Below the pieces are notes generated by a model. That model saw only the letters and a list, made by a program, of their open reading frames with translations. It did no database searches and was not told where the DNA came from. Of a stretch of DNA of 64,000 bases, positions 39,352 through 47,951 are shown in pieces. The stretch covers positions 64,001 to 128,000 of IMG/VR virus record IMGVR_UViG_3300005264_000040; one strand, 5' to 3'. Numbering within the stretch: the first letter of the stretch is position 1; each line of letters opens with the position of its first letter. The DNA comes from a virus. A program made the position numbers and the translations under genes.

Positions 39352-39856
39352 GCTTTTTGCGGATAATATTTTTATATTAAGTGAAAGCTATGGTTTAATT
39401 TATTTTTATTACAAGAAAAACCCTTTAAAAAAAGCTTTGTATTATATTAATTACCCAGAAAAATGGTTTGACAAAATAATAGAATATGTTTCAAAAATAG
39501 AAATGCCTTTATCGGATGATATAAATAAAAAATTTTTAAAATTTACATTTTCTAAATTAGATAAGGCTTTAAGAGATATTCATTACACAAATAAAATTTC
39601 AGATCTTAAAAAGTTTTCAGGAAAAAAATTTTATGGTTCTTCGTTTATAATAGTTGATAAAGAAATAAATGTATTTAAAAACTTATATTTCCAATCTCCT
39701 TATTTTTCAACATATAATGTTGTTGTGCCTGTTTTAATAGATTCAATAAGAAAATTTAAAACTATTCAACCAGAATTATTAAAAGAAAGAGGTCTTTATG
39801 ATATTGATAATGCTGCACAATTATTTGAATTTATTGTAAGGAGGAATAATGCATGA
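39332..39856 (+). CDS. Hypothetical protein
   Basis: Overlaps tmk stop; coding-like composition. Confidence 0.6.
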   Translation: MIYMWNELFADNIFILSESYGLIYFYYKKNPLKKALYYINYPEKWFDKIIEYVSKIEMPLSDDINKKFLKFTFSKLDKALRDIHYTNKISDLKKFSGKKFYGSSFIIVDKEINVFKNLYFQSPYFSTYNVVVPVLIDSIRKFKTIQPELLKERGLYDIDNAAQLFEFIVRRNNA

Positions 39857-39952
39857 AAATGGTAATTAACAACAGTGGAAGTTGGTCCCGAAGGTCTCAA
39901 CCGATTTCTATTAGAATGGGAAACACACATTACACACACGAGGTGAAAATCG

Positions 39953-40228
39953 ATGAAAAAACGTCCAATCCAGTGGTCAGATTTGGTTTCTATCATAAAA
40001 GAAGGATCGAAGAAGACGATTGCGATGTGTCCAAAATGTGGCAAGAAGACAGCGACGATTTCACACATTACTGATATTCTATATTGCAAAAATTGTGGCT
40101 TTTATGGTACTATAGAAACAGTTTATCTTGTTAAAAATAAAACAGCAAAAAAAATAGGTTTAAAACCTCAAATGAAAGACCCAAGACCCAAAGAAGGGGA
40201 TACCTTACCCTTACCTTTGGATTTGTGA
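39953..40228 (+). CDS. Zn-ribbon protein (primase Zn-finger-like)
   Basis: CPKCGK...LYCKNCGFYG; SD GAGGTG. Confidence 0.7.
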   Translation: MKKRPIQWSDLVSIIKEGSKKTIAMCPKCGKKTATISHITDILYCKNCGFYGTIETVYLVKNKTAKKIGLKPQMKDPRPKEGDTLPLPLDL

Positions 40229-40246
40229 AGGGAGGGAATTAGTTGC

Positions 40247-40726
40247 GTGTTCGCTTATTACGCTAATGACTATAACAAAGAATTCGTTAAAACGTGGTTT
40301 CTATACCAAAAACAAAATGTAGGAACCCTTTTAAGAGATTTAGGAGAAGAAGGATTTTTTACTAAATGGTCTATAGAACCTGTTGTATATATTCCGAGAC
40401 ACTTGTTTTTACCTATTTATAAAGATATGAACCATGTCTTGGAAAAATATAGTCAAATAAAAGTTTCTTCCATAAGTATTGAAAGAAAAAACTTAGGCAT
40501 TACAAGACCATTTATAATCAAATATAAAAAAACTTTTTATGCATTATCCCCTACAAAATGTATGTCATTATCAGTATTAACTCATCCGTTAGAACTTAAA
40601 ATTCAAGAAAGGTATTTTTACAATGCTTTCAAATGGTTTTTCAAATACATGGAGAAAGTTCTTAAAACAACCTCTGAAGATGTAAAAGATTTAGCAACTG
40701 TTTTTTATGTCAATCCAAACATTTAG
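40247..40726 (+). CDS. Hypothetical protein
   Basis: SD GGGAGG; fills operon. Confidence 0.6.
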   Translation: MFAYYANDYNKEFVKTWFLYQKQNVGTLLRDLGEEGFFTKWSIEPVVYIPRHLFLPIYKDMNHVLEKYSQIKVSSISIERKNLGITRPFIIKYKKTFYALSPTKCMSLSVLTHPLELKIQERYFYNAFKWFFKYMEKVLKTTSEDVKDLATVFYVNPNI

Positions 40727-40740
40727 AAAGGTGGAGAAAA

Positions 40741-41124
40741 ATGGCAGAATCTTACGAATTTATAATTGAACAAGTTCCTCCAAGTGTCAATCGAATTTAC
40801 AGATTTAATAGAAGATATGGTAATATGTACAAAACAAAAGAAGCAAAGGATTTCCAAGATAAATATATTTTACCTAAGTATAAAGGAAAATTTTTTAAGA
40901 CAGAAAAGGTAAAACTGAGCATTATTTTTGTGCATAATAGAGATAGAGATATTGACAACATTTTAAAAGTATTATTAGATTCATTTCAGAAAATTATTTA
41001 TGAAAATGACAAACAAGTATATGAGTTGAATATAAAGAAAGTTAAGAGGAAAGGTACATCTTTCGTAAAAGTAAAAGTAGAAGAATTGCCGCCAGAAGCA
41101 ATAGAGGGGGTGGGGTTAATTTGA
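40741..41124 (+). CDS. rusA: RusA-family Holliday junction resolvase
   Basis: PPSVNRIY, RDIDNILKVLLDSF..IYENDKQV. Confidence 0.9.
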   Translation: MAESYEFIIEQVPPSVNRIYRFNRRYGNMYKTKEAKDFQDKYILPKYKGKFFKTEKVKLSIIFVHNRDRDIDNILKVLLDSFQKIIYENDKQVYELNIKKVKRKGTSFVKVKVEELPPEAIEGVGLI

Positions 41125-41684
41125 AAAAAGATTCTGTTATTTATAGTATCCCTAGTAAATTAAACAAACTAAAAACAAGCGATTTACAAAGTTTAATTAT
41201 TTCATATGCAGAAGAAGTCGGCGTAAGTTCTCCTAGTTTTATCAGGACATTAATTGATTTTTTAATTACTTTTTTAAAAGAAATAATTCCTGAAGAAGAA
41301 TATGAGACTTGGCCCGAAAAAGATGAGTATGTCCAAATGGTAAAAGATTTACTTTCTTCTTTTGATGAAAACTTTACTACTTTACAAAAAATTACATTGA
41401 TAAAAGAAAGCAAAACTACTTTCAACCCAAATCTTTATGCTTCACAATCATGGGAATTAGATGATTTGTTAAACACTTGGTTTAAAGAAGCTATTTACGA
41501 CATGATTTTGGATTATTTCGATAAAGTAGATGAAGTTAATATAAACAGCCCTTTGTTATTGGATTATCTTGTAAAACAATTAAAAATTTCTAGCAATGAG
41601 AAAGCACATTCTGTTGTAGTAAAAATTTCTAATACAAAAACAATGACTGCAGATGTAATGATTATAAAAAATGGACCTCAATAA
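41121..41684 (+). CDS. Hypothetical protein
   Basis: SD GAGGGGG; coupled to rusA. Confidence 0.6.
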   Translation: MKKDSVIYSIPSKLNKLKTSDLQSLIISYAEEVGVSSPSFIRTLIDFLITFLKEIIPEEEYETWPEKDEYVQMVKDLLSSFDENFTTLQKITLIKESKTTFNPNLYASQSWELDDLLNTWFKEAIYDMILDYFDKVDEVNINSPLLLDYLVKQLKISSNEKAHSVVVKISNTKTMTADVMIIKNGPQ

Positions 41685-41693
41685 AGGTCCATT
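41670..41693. terminator. Terminator between convergent genes
   Basis: AATGGACCT-CAATAA-AGGTCCATT followed by a T-run. Confidence 0.65.
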
Positions 41694-41699
41694 ATTTTT

Positions 41700-41984
41700 T
41701 TAAAGATATTTTTTTAAATCAGAAGCTGGTCTGAACTTTACTACAATTCTATCTCTTGTTTGTACTTGTCTCTTTTCTGGTGTAAAACCAAGAGTATAAA
41801 GTTTTCCTTTCCTTTTTTCTGCTTTAAAGGCACCAAAACCTCTGAATTTTACAGAACCTTCCTTTTCTATAAGTTCTTCTTTCATTACGTCCAATGCGTA
41901 GTTAAGGACATCTTTTACCACTTTTTTGCTTGCTTCTCCACTCATCTTGTTTGCTACGATATTAATAAGTTCTCCTTTAGTCAT
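41700..41984 (-). CDS. hup: HU/IHF-family DNA-binding protein
   Basis: MTKGELI..VA, VKFRGFGAF, VVKFRPASDLK. Confidence 0.9.
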   Translation of the reverse strand: MTKGELINIVANKMSGEASKKVVKDVLNYALDVMKEELIEKEGSVKFRGFGAFKAEKRKGKLYTLGFTPEKRQVQTRDRIVVKFRPASDLKKYL

Positions 41985-42059
41985 TTATTAGACACCCCCA
42001 GTATATATAATATTTTGCAACATTTAAATTATAGCACGTTTTTTCGTGAAAATCAAGTC

Positions 42060-43865
42060 CTATGCGAGATAAACGGATTGGATAAAGTCATCGATTTTAA
42101 AAACTACCTCTTGGAGTAATTTGTCATTGATAAGTATATTGCCCAAATAGCTCATTAATAACAGTTTTAAAAGATATTGTTTTATTTCTTCCATTTCAGG
42201 AAGTTTTTCTTTCAAATTTTCTGCATCAACATCTCCAACTATTGCTAAAGTGATTAAAGTTTCTAATGCTAAATCTGGTATATCAGAATATTGTGTCAAA
42301 TCATTGGCTAATTTAAGGAATGAAGTTCTATCGTCATATGTCATAGATCTTATTTTAGAAGCAATCTTAACAACATATTTTTTAGTATTTTCAGCCCATT
42401 CTTTTTGCCAATCTGGTACTTTGCCTAAATCTGAATATTTTCCTCTAATTATGGTAATTAATTTTACTTTCATATTTTTTAAATTAGATCCTAATATTTT
42501 TTTTATTTCATTTTTATCTACTCCGAATGAAGCTAATTTTTCCATTATACCATATTTATCGTATATTTCTTTTGTATAACCATCTTCTACTTCAAACATG
42601 CCATTTGGTTTTTTCTTAATATACCATTCAATTGAATGGTCATTAGCCGTTTTTGTTTCTTCAACCTCATATAGTTTCCAATGCAAAGGAATATATATTG
42701 TATTATCCGATTTGAAAATTTGTTTTAATCCTGCTACTTTTTTAAATTCTAATTCTTTGTTAGACCACAACGTTTGAATTAATCCACTTTTACCGTTATC
42801 ATATATTCCTTCGATTACAAAAGGTTCTGTTGTATGATTCTTTTCTCCCAATAAACCTGAAAAAACGCATGGTCTTTCATATGCTAATATTTCTGGTTCA
42901 TAAAATTCTTTTAATGAAGCTGTTTTTCTAGTTTCAAAAGAAACTTCAGGACTATCTAAATTTGTATATTGATTTATAACATCAGGAGTAACTTGTGCTA
43001 CTGCTCCTGCTACTATAGGAAGTATATCTATATCCTTTTCAGGATTCCATTTGCTTACATCTACTCCTTTATACATTAACAATTGAACTACTTGTTCTTT
43101 TGCCAAACCAGGAGCTTTTTGAAGAGGTTCTGCTTTTGGTTCAGTTTTCACTTCTACAGTATAAATAGGTTCTCCATATGGTTGTGGAGTTTTCAATATT
43201 TTGACATATCTTGCTTGCTGCATCTCGTCATCTTCTTCTCTTTCTTGTTGCATTGGTGGTTGTTGTGTATCTTGAAGATTTGTATCTTGCATTTGCTTCT
43301 TTTGTATTATATTCATTAATTGATTAGAAGCTTTCTTTATTAATTGTCTAAATTTTGGGTTAGTTTGAAAATCATGTAATAAATCAGAATCCATTTTTAT
43401 AAAATATTCGATATCTTGCAATGCTTGTTCCGGATTCTTGAGAGAACCTACTTTTATTCCCATACCATTAACAGAGTGGGAAGGAATAAATGGCAAAGGT
43501 TTTTCTGCTGTAGGTGGCTTTTCTTTTATAGGTCTTCCTATAGTATTTGCATTTTGTGCCAAGTTATTAAAATGATTTTCATCAAGCACTTCTAAATTCC
43601 CATTATTATCAATAAATATTGTCAGAGGAGCTAACTTTTTGTTTTTTATAATAGCAGGAACTACAAATTGTATTTCTCCTAATTTAAATACTAAAGCAAA
43701 AACAGTTTTCATCATATCATCTTCTACTATTTTTACTTTAACAGAATCGTATTTTACATATGGATGCAAACTTTTAAACACTTTTATTATATAAAATGGC
43801 CACTCTGATTTTTGACTCGGCATTTTCTTTTCTTTTATTTTAGAAACATCAATCATGTTTGTCAC
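42060..43865 (-). CDS. Putative large internal head/ejection protein
   Basis: KKAS, KTAS, KLAS and KIAS motifs shared with head-operon proteins; SD AGGAG. Confidence 0.55.
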   Translation of the reverse strand: MTNMIDVSKIKEKKMPSQKSEWPFYIIKVFKSLHPYVKYDSVKVKIVEDDMMKTVFALVFKLGEIQFVVPAIIKNKKLAPLTIFIDNNGNLEVLDENHFNNLAQNANTIGRPIKEKPPTAEKPLPFIPSHSVNGMGIKVGSLKNPEQALQDIEYFIKMDSDLLHDFQTNPKFRQLIKKASNQLMNIIQKKQMQDTNLQDTQQPPMQQEREEDDEMQQARYVKILKTPQPYGEPIYTVEVKTEPKAEPLQKAPGLAKEQVVQLLMYKGVDVSKWNPEKDIDILPIVAGAVAQVTPDVINQYTNLDSPEVSFETRKTASLKEFYEPEILAYERPCVFSGLLGEKNHTTEPFVIEGIYDNGKSGLIQTLWSNKELEFKKVAGLKQIFKSDNTIYIPLHWKLYEVEETKTANDHSIEWYIKKKPNGMFEVEDGYTKEIYDKYGIMEKLASFGVDKNEIKKILGSNLKNMKVKLITIIRGKYSDLGKVPDWQKEWAENTKKYVVKIASKIRSMTYDDRTSFLKLANDLTQYSDIPDLALETLITLAIVGDVDAENLKEKLPEMEEIKQYLLKLLLMSYLGNILINDKLLQEVVFKIDDFIQSVYLA

Positions 43866-43888
43866 TCCTTTTTATGGCTTTTTATTTT

Positions 43889-43944
43889 ATTATAACATAT
43901 TTTTTTCGTGATTTCTTATTAAAAACTCACTTTTGATTATACCA
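43889..43944 (-). promoter_or_regulatory. Tandem extended -10 promoters TGTTATAAT (43889-43897) and TGGTATAAT (43936-43944)
   Basis: Both upstream of start 43865, downstream of a terminator. Confidence 0.6.
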
Positions 43945-43956
43945 TAAAATAAAAAG

Positions 43957-43982
43957 AGGTTGCCAAAACAGATTGGCAACCT
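43957..43982 (-). terminator. Intrinsic terminator after spike gene
   Basis: AGGTTGCCAA-loop-TTGGCAACCT then CTTTTTATTTT on the minus strand. Confidence 0.8.
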
Positions 43983-44005
43983 TACTCAATTCTAAAGGAG
44001 GGATA

Positions 44006-45631
44006 CTAAGATAGCGGTGGGGTCATTGGTGTGGTAGGAGCACCTGGTCCCGTACTTACATGCGTATGCGCATTTAAAGAGGTTTTTAGCGTTGTCAAAA
44101 TTTGTTCCATTTTGGTTTTATATTCTTCAAATTCTGTTTTTGTAATAACATTATCTCCGTTTCTTTTTAAATTACCGGTTATATCAAAATTCCCGTCTAT
44201 TAAAAAATCTCCTTTAATTGATATTTTATTTCCTGTAATATATACTTCCTTTCCTTTTATTACTACATCTTCTCCTGCTTCCAAACTTACACCTTTTTTA
44301 GAAGCGTAAGTCAAAGGCTCATCTGTAGAAAATTTAATTCCTTCATTAGTGACAAGAATAGAATGTTTCCCAGATTTTAATTCTATTTGATTTCTTTTTA
44401 TAGAAATAAAAGAGCGTTCTGTTTCTTCAGTTGATTGTGTTAAGTTAAGATCAGAATCAATCCTAAGATTAGATGCATTGGATTGTTCCTGTGAATTTTC
44501 TACCATTATTTTTATTTCACCGTCTTGGTTAGAATATATAAAAATACCATCTTGATTATAAATTGTTTTTACAATAGAATCTTTATTTTTATAATTTCCT
44601 ATTTCTATTAATTCAGGATTCATAGAAAACTTTGTTATAGGCAATCCTTTTTCTGGTATATCTTTTGGATCTTCAGGATCTCTTGGAGATGAAGTTAAAG
44701 TCATTTGATTTTCATCCATATAAATAAGATTTCTAAAAATATTGTAATTAAAAGAGAAAGGACCTAATGCTAATCCTGATGAAACAGCCCATTCGGGAGT
44801 TTCTTGTCCAACTTTTTTATTATAGCTCCATGTCATTTGAAGCTTTTGAGAAGGTTCTCCAAATGTTGTTAATAAATTAGTAGTTACTTCTTTCCCTAAA
44901 GGTCTATCGTAATAGTTGAACACAAAACTAGTACTTCTTTCTTTTAAGTCATACTGTACGTTCATTTCAGTATTTAATAATTTTATAGCTAATTGTGGTA
45001 ATTTCATTTTTAAAACAGGAATTATAAGAGGAACAGATTGAATATATTCTATCCTCAAAGGTGAAAAAAGTTCTGAAGAATAATCTTCCATTTCTTTATG
45101 GAATTCTTCTGATGTCTTAATGTCTAATGCATTAAGATGTTCTAACATTGGATAATTAAATATTCTAAAACTCATGTCTCCAGAACTTTTTATAATATAA
45201 CTATATGTATAAAAGAAACCATATTTATCTCCATAATCAGGAATTATATTAGAAAAAGAAGAACCAGCTTTTGATTCTTTTATTCCTTTGTTTTCAGGTA
45301 AAAACTTTTTGAAAGCTATCAAATTTTGTTGCTTGTCAAAGTTTTCATAAGTTGCTATTGTCCTTTGTAAAAGATATGCTTTATTAGTATCTTCATCCAC
45401 TAGTATTACAACATGTTCTCCAGGAGTTGGAATTTGAAATTGATAACCGTATATAGGATGTTGAACTCCTATTTCTTTTCCTTTTTTATTTTGAGTTCTC
45501 ATTTGAACATATTTTTGCATAGAATCAAAAACATATCTTGTAACGTATATTGAACCATCTTCTGCTAAAACTTCTATTGAATGTGTTTCTTTTATAACTT
45601 TTTTTATTATACCCTCTTTTATCGAAATCAT
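44006..45631 (-). CDS. Baseplate central spike (gpV/gp5-like)
   Basis: N-terminal OB-fold (PTPGEHVVILV), beta-helix-like repeats, C-terminal HTH(V) metal-binding tip NAHTHVSTGPGAPT. Confidence 0.85.
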   Translation of the reverse strand: MISIKEGIIKKVIKETHSIEVLAEDGSIYVTRYVFDSMQKYVQMRTQNKKGKEIGVQHPIYGYQFQIPTPGEHVVILVDEDTNKAYLLQRTIATYENFDKQQNLIAFKKFLPENKGIKESKAGSSFSNIIPDYGDKYGFFYTYSYIIKSSGDMSFRIFNYPMLEHLNALDIKTSEEFHKEMEDYSSELFSPLRIEYIQSVPLIIPVLKMKLPQLAIKLLNTEMNVQYDLKERSTSFVFNYYDRPLGKEVTTNLLTTFGEPSQKLQMTWSYNKKVGQETPEWAVSSGLALGPFSFNYNIFRNLIYMDENQMTLTSSPRDPEDPKDIPEKGLPITKFSMNPELIEIGNYKNKDSIVKTIYNQDGIFIYSNQDGEIKIMVENSQEQSNASNLRIDSDLNLTQSTEETERSFISIKRNQIELKSGKHSILVTNEGIKFSTDEPLTYASKKGVSLEAGEDVVIKGKEVYITGNKISIKGDFLIDGNFDITGNLKRNGDNVITKTEFEEYKTKMEQILTTLKTSLNAHTHVSTGPGAPTTPMTPPLS

Positions 45632-45643
45632 ACTTCCAACTCC

Positions 45644-45922
45644 TTAGAATGAATGGAATCCGTCATTTTCAACCTTTGCTTTTATTTCAGGGTCTGTTTT
45701 ATCTTTATCTAAAGAATAAGAAGGTTTTTCACTATAATTTGAGTAAGTTTTTATCCAACCTGTTTTATCCACTATTTTCAAAGCTGGTTTGCTTATCAAT
45801 CTTATCATAGGAGCACCACAAGTACTACATGTTTTTGGTTTATCTCTATCTTTTACAGATCTAAATTCTGTTTCTTCGTTAAAACATATTTCACAATAAT
45901 ATTTATACATTGGCATTATCAA
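45644..45922 (-). CDS. FmdB-like Zn-ribbon protein
   Basis: MPMYKYYCEIC...KTCSTCGAPMIRLIS. Confidence 0.8.
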   Translation of the reverse strand: MIMPMYKYYCEICFNEETEFRSVKDRDKPKTCSTCGAPMIRLISKPALKIVDKTGWIKTYSNYSEKPSYSLDKDKTDPEIKAKVENDGFHSF

Positions 45923-45934
45923 TCCACCCCTTTC

Positions 45935-47200
45935 TTATACTATAACTAAATTAAGATTTAAATTTATCACAGTAGGTCTCTGAGGGTCCTGCAATAAATT
46001 AAAACTTTGTATTGTACCTGTCAAAAACGAATCAGTTTCTGTTTTGGAATAATTCTTAAAAAATTCTTTTTCAAAAAAATAAGAACTTCTCAATGAAATA
46101 GTTGCGCCTGTTCTCATTATACCATTTAAAATACTTTCAAAAATGTTATATACTGCAAACGGGTTCTCATCTATTTTTAATTCTTCTACCAAATCAGCTA
46201 CATCAAACATAACATTTATATTCATAGAAGTGGTAGAAATATCATAATAAAACAAGGATATAGTTCTTACATATTCACGTAATGCACTTGAAGGATTTAA
46301 CGAAATACTTAAATTTGTCAAAATCCCAGGTAATATATATTTATGTTTTTCAGATAAATTTAAAATCAACTTTACTTCTGTTTCCTCTTCAGAATTCAAA
46401 TAATCCAAAAATGCATTATTCCATCTCATCTCTTGGATATCGCCTTTTATTTTTGTTATTATTTTTTCATCAGTTTGATGATGTAATACAGGAGTGTATA
46501 GTCTAAATTTACCTTTCGGATCTACTATAGGATCTTTTAATATATTAGTAGTAGGCATTTTACTTTCTTGTATGTAATCATACCATGCAGTTCTTTCTTT
46601 ATCTAAAGTATATCTATCAATAGAAGATAATAGAATGCCGGTCAAACCTCCTGTTATTGCTGGTGTATTTGCATCCCACATATAAGAAAACCCTACAGGA
46701 GCAAATAAATAAACTCCATTTTGTGAAGCGATGTAAGTTATATAATTGCCAGCAAAAAAACCAGTCCAAATATGTTTATAGAACCAATCCAAAAACGCAA
46801 AAGCATTTCTTAATTGTCTTTGTAAAATTTGTGCAGTTTCAGAAGCATACGGATTTGTATTTTGAATATTTAAAGCATAGTCTTTATCATGCACAGCAGG
46901 AAACATAAATCCCAAATTTATTCGTGGAAAACTTGGTGTAGAATATACAGGCTGTGCTTGTTTTAAAGTATATAAAGTTTGCATTCTTGAGTTTTGATTT
47001 ATTGTCAAAGAATTCATAAATGCATCTACAAAAAGAGGTTCTCTGACTATTTTAGGTTTATCATATCCGGAATCCTCAGTAATTTCTTGATAAACAATTC
47101 CAAACTCTACTTCGCTTACATCGTCATATTCATACCCTGCTTTATTCAATATTTCTTCATAAATTTGGAGTTTCGAAGTTTTATTTGCCATTTTTATCAC
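45935..47200 (-). CDS. Tube-initiator/baseplate protein with tube-like domains
   Basis: FMNSLTINQNSRMQTLYTL..VYS and similar beta-strand repeats; in baseplate cluster. Confidence 0.5.
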   Translation of the reverse strand: MIKMANKTSKLQIYEEILNKAGYEYDDVSEVEFGIVYQEITEDSGYDKPKIVREPLFVDAFMNSLTINQNSRMQTLYTLKQAQPVYSTPSFPRINLGFMFPAVHDKDYALNIQNTNPYASETAQILQRQLRNAFAFLDWFYKHIWTGFFAGNYITYIASQNGVYLFAPVGFSYMWDANTPAITGGLTGILLSSIDRYTLDKERTAWYDYIQESKMPTTNILKDPIVDPKGKFRLYTPVLHHQTDEKIITKIKGDIQEMRWNNAFLDYLNSEEETEVKLILNLSEKHKYILPGILTNLSISLNPSSALREYVRTISLFYYDISTTSMNINVMFDVADLVEELKIDENPFAVYNIFESILNGIMRTGATISLRSSYFFEKEFFKNYSKTETDSFLTGTIQSFNLLQDPQRPTVINLNLNLVIV

Positions 47201-47931
47201 CTATCAATTTTTATTTTGTCCAATTGCATTTTAGAAATCTTTGTAATTTGACTTTCAGCATTAAGATAATCTTGTAATATTTTTGTTGATTTGTTTTTGA
47301 TTTGAGAAACTCTTGCATTTGATATTTTGTATTTTTTACTAATCTCGTTTCCAGATTTTCCTTGAAGAATATCATTAAAAATTGGGATATGTTCTTGAGG
47401 AAGTTTTTGTTTGGCATAGTCAATAGCATTTTTATATTTTAAACTTGTGTCATCTTCGACTGGATCGAAACTAGTATAATCAACACTTACACCTGGCTTT
47501 AACATTTGCTGCATTTTATTCACCTTCGAAACTGGCCATTTTAATTCGTCAGCTAGTTGTTGTGGTGTTGGGTTTATTCCACCGTTTCTTGATTTGAGTT
47601 TTTCTCTTACTGACAAAAATGTACCTGCTTCCAATTTATAATTTTCTGGAAGCCTTACAGCTGTTTGATTATCATTTACAAATCTATATAATTTGTTTAA
47701 ATAACTTGACACTACAGCTTGTACAGGTACTCCTCTATTAGGATTATACACCTTTAATGCTTGTATAATCAATCTATCCGCTTCAGCTTCTATTACTGAA
47801 GGAGATACTCCACTTCCATAATATTTCTTTATGGCATTGACTTTTTGTCCTTCTAAATCATCAAGGATTTCATCTAATAACATTGGATCTTTTGTTTGTT
47901 GCCATTTAACTACTTTTTCTTTAAGTGTCAT
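47197..47931 (-). CDS. Phage sigma70-family factor
   Basis: Region 2 (QALKVYNPNRG), VRLP, region 3 (PTPQQLADELKWP), region 4 HTH (SGNEISKKYKISNARVSQI). Confidence 0.85.
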   Translation of the reverse strand: MTLKEKVVKWQQTKDPMLLDEILDDLEGQKVNAIKKYYGSGVSPSVIEAEADRLIIQALKVYNPNRGVPVQAVVSSYLNKLYRFVNDNQTAVRLPENYKLEAGTFLSVREKLKSRNGGINPTPQQLADELKWPVSKVNKMQQMLKPGVSVDYTSFDPVEDDTSLKYKNAIDYAKQKLPQEHIPIFNDILQGKSGNEISKKYKISNARVSQIKNKSTKILQDYLNAESQITKISKMQLDKIKIDR

Positions 47932-47951
47932 TTTTCAACACCATCCTTTTT

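Noticed and set aside
39853-40074. 73-aa ORF overlapping the Zn-ribbon gene
   Set aside because: Overlaps 39953..40228, which has its own SD and CxxC motifs; only a short upstream peptide could be real and I cannot support it
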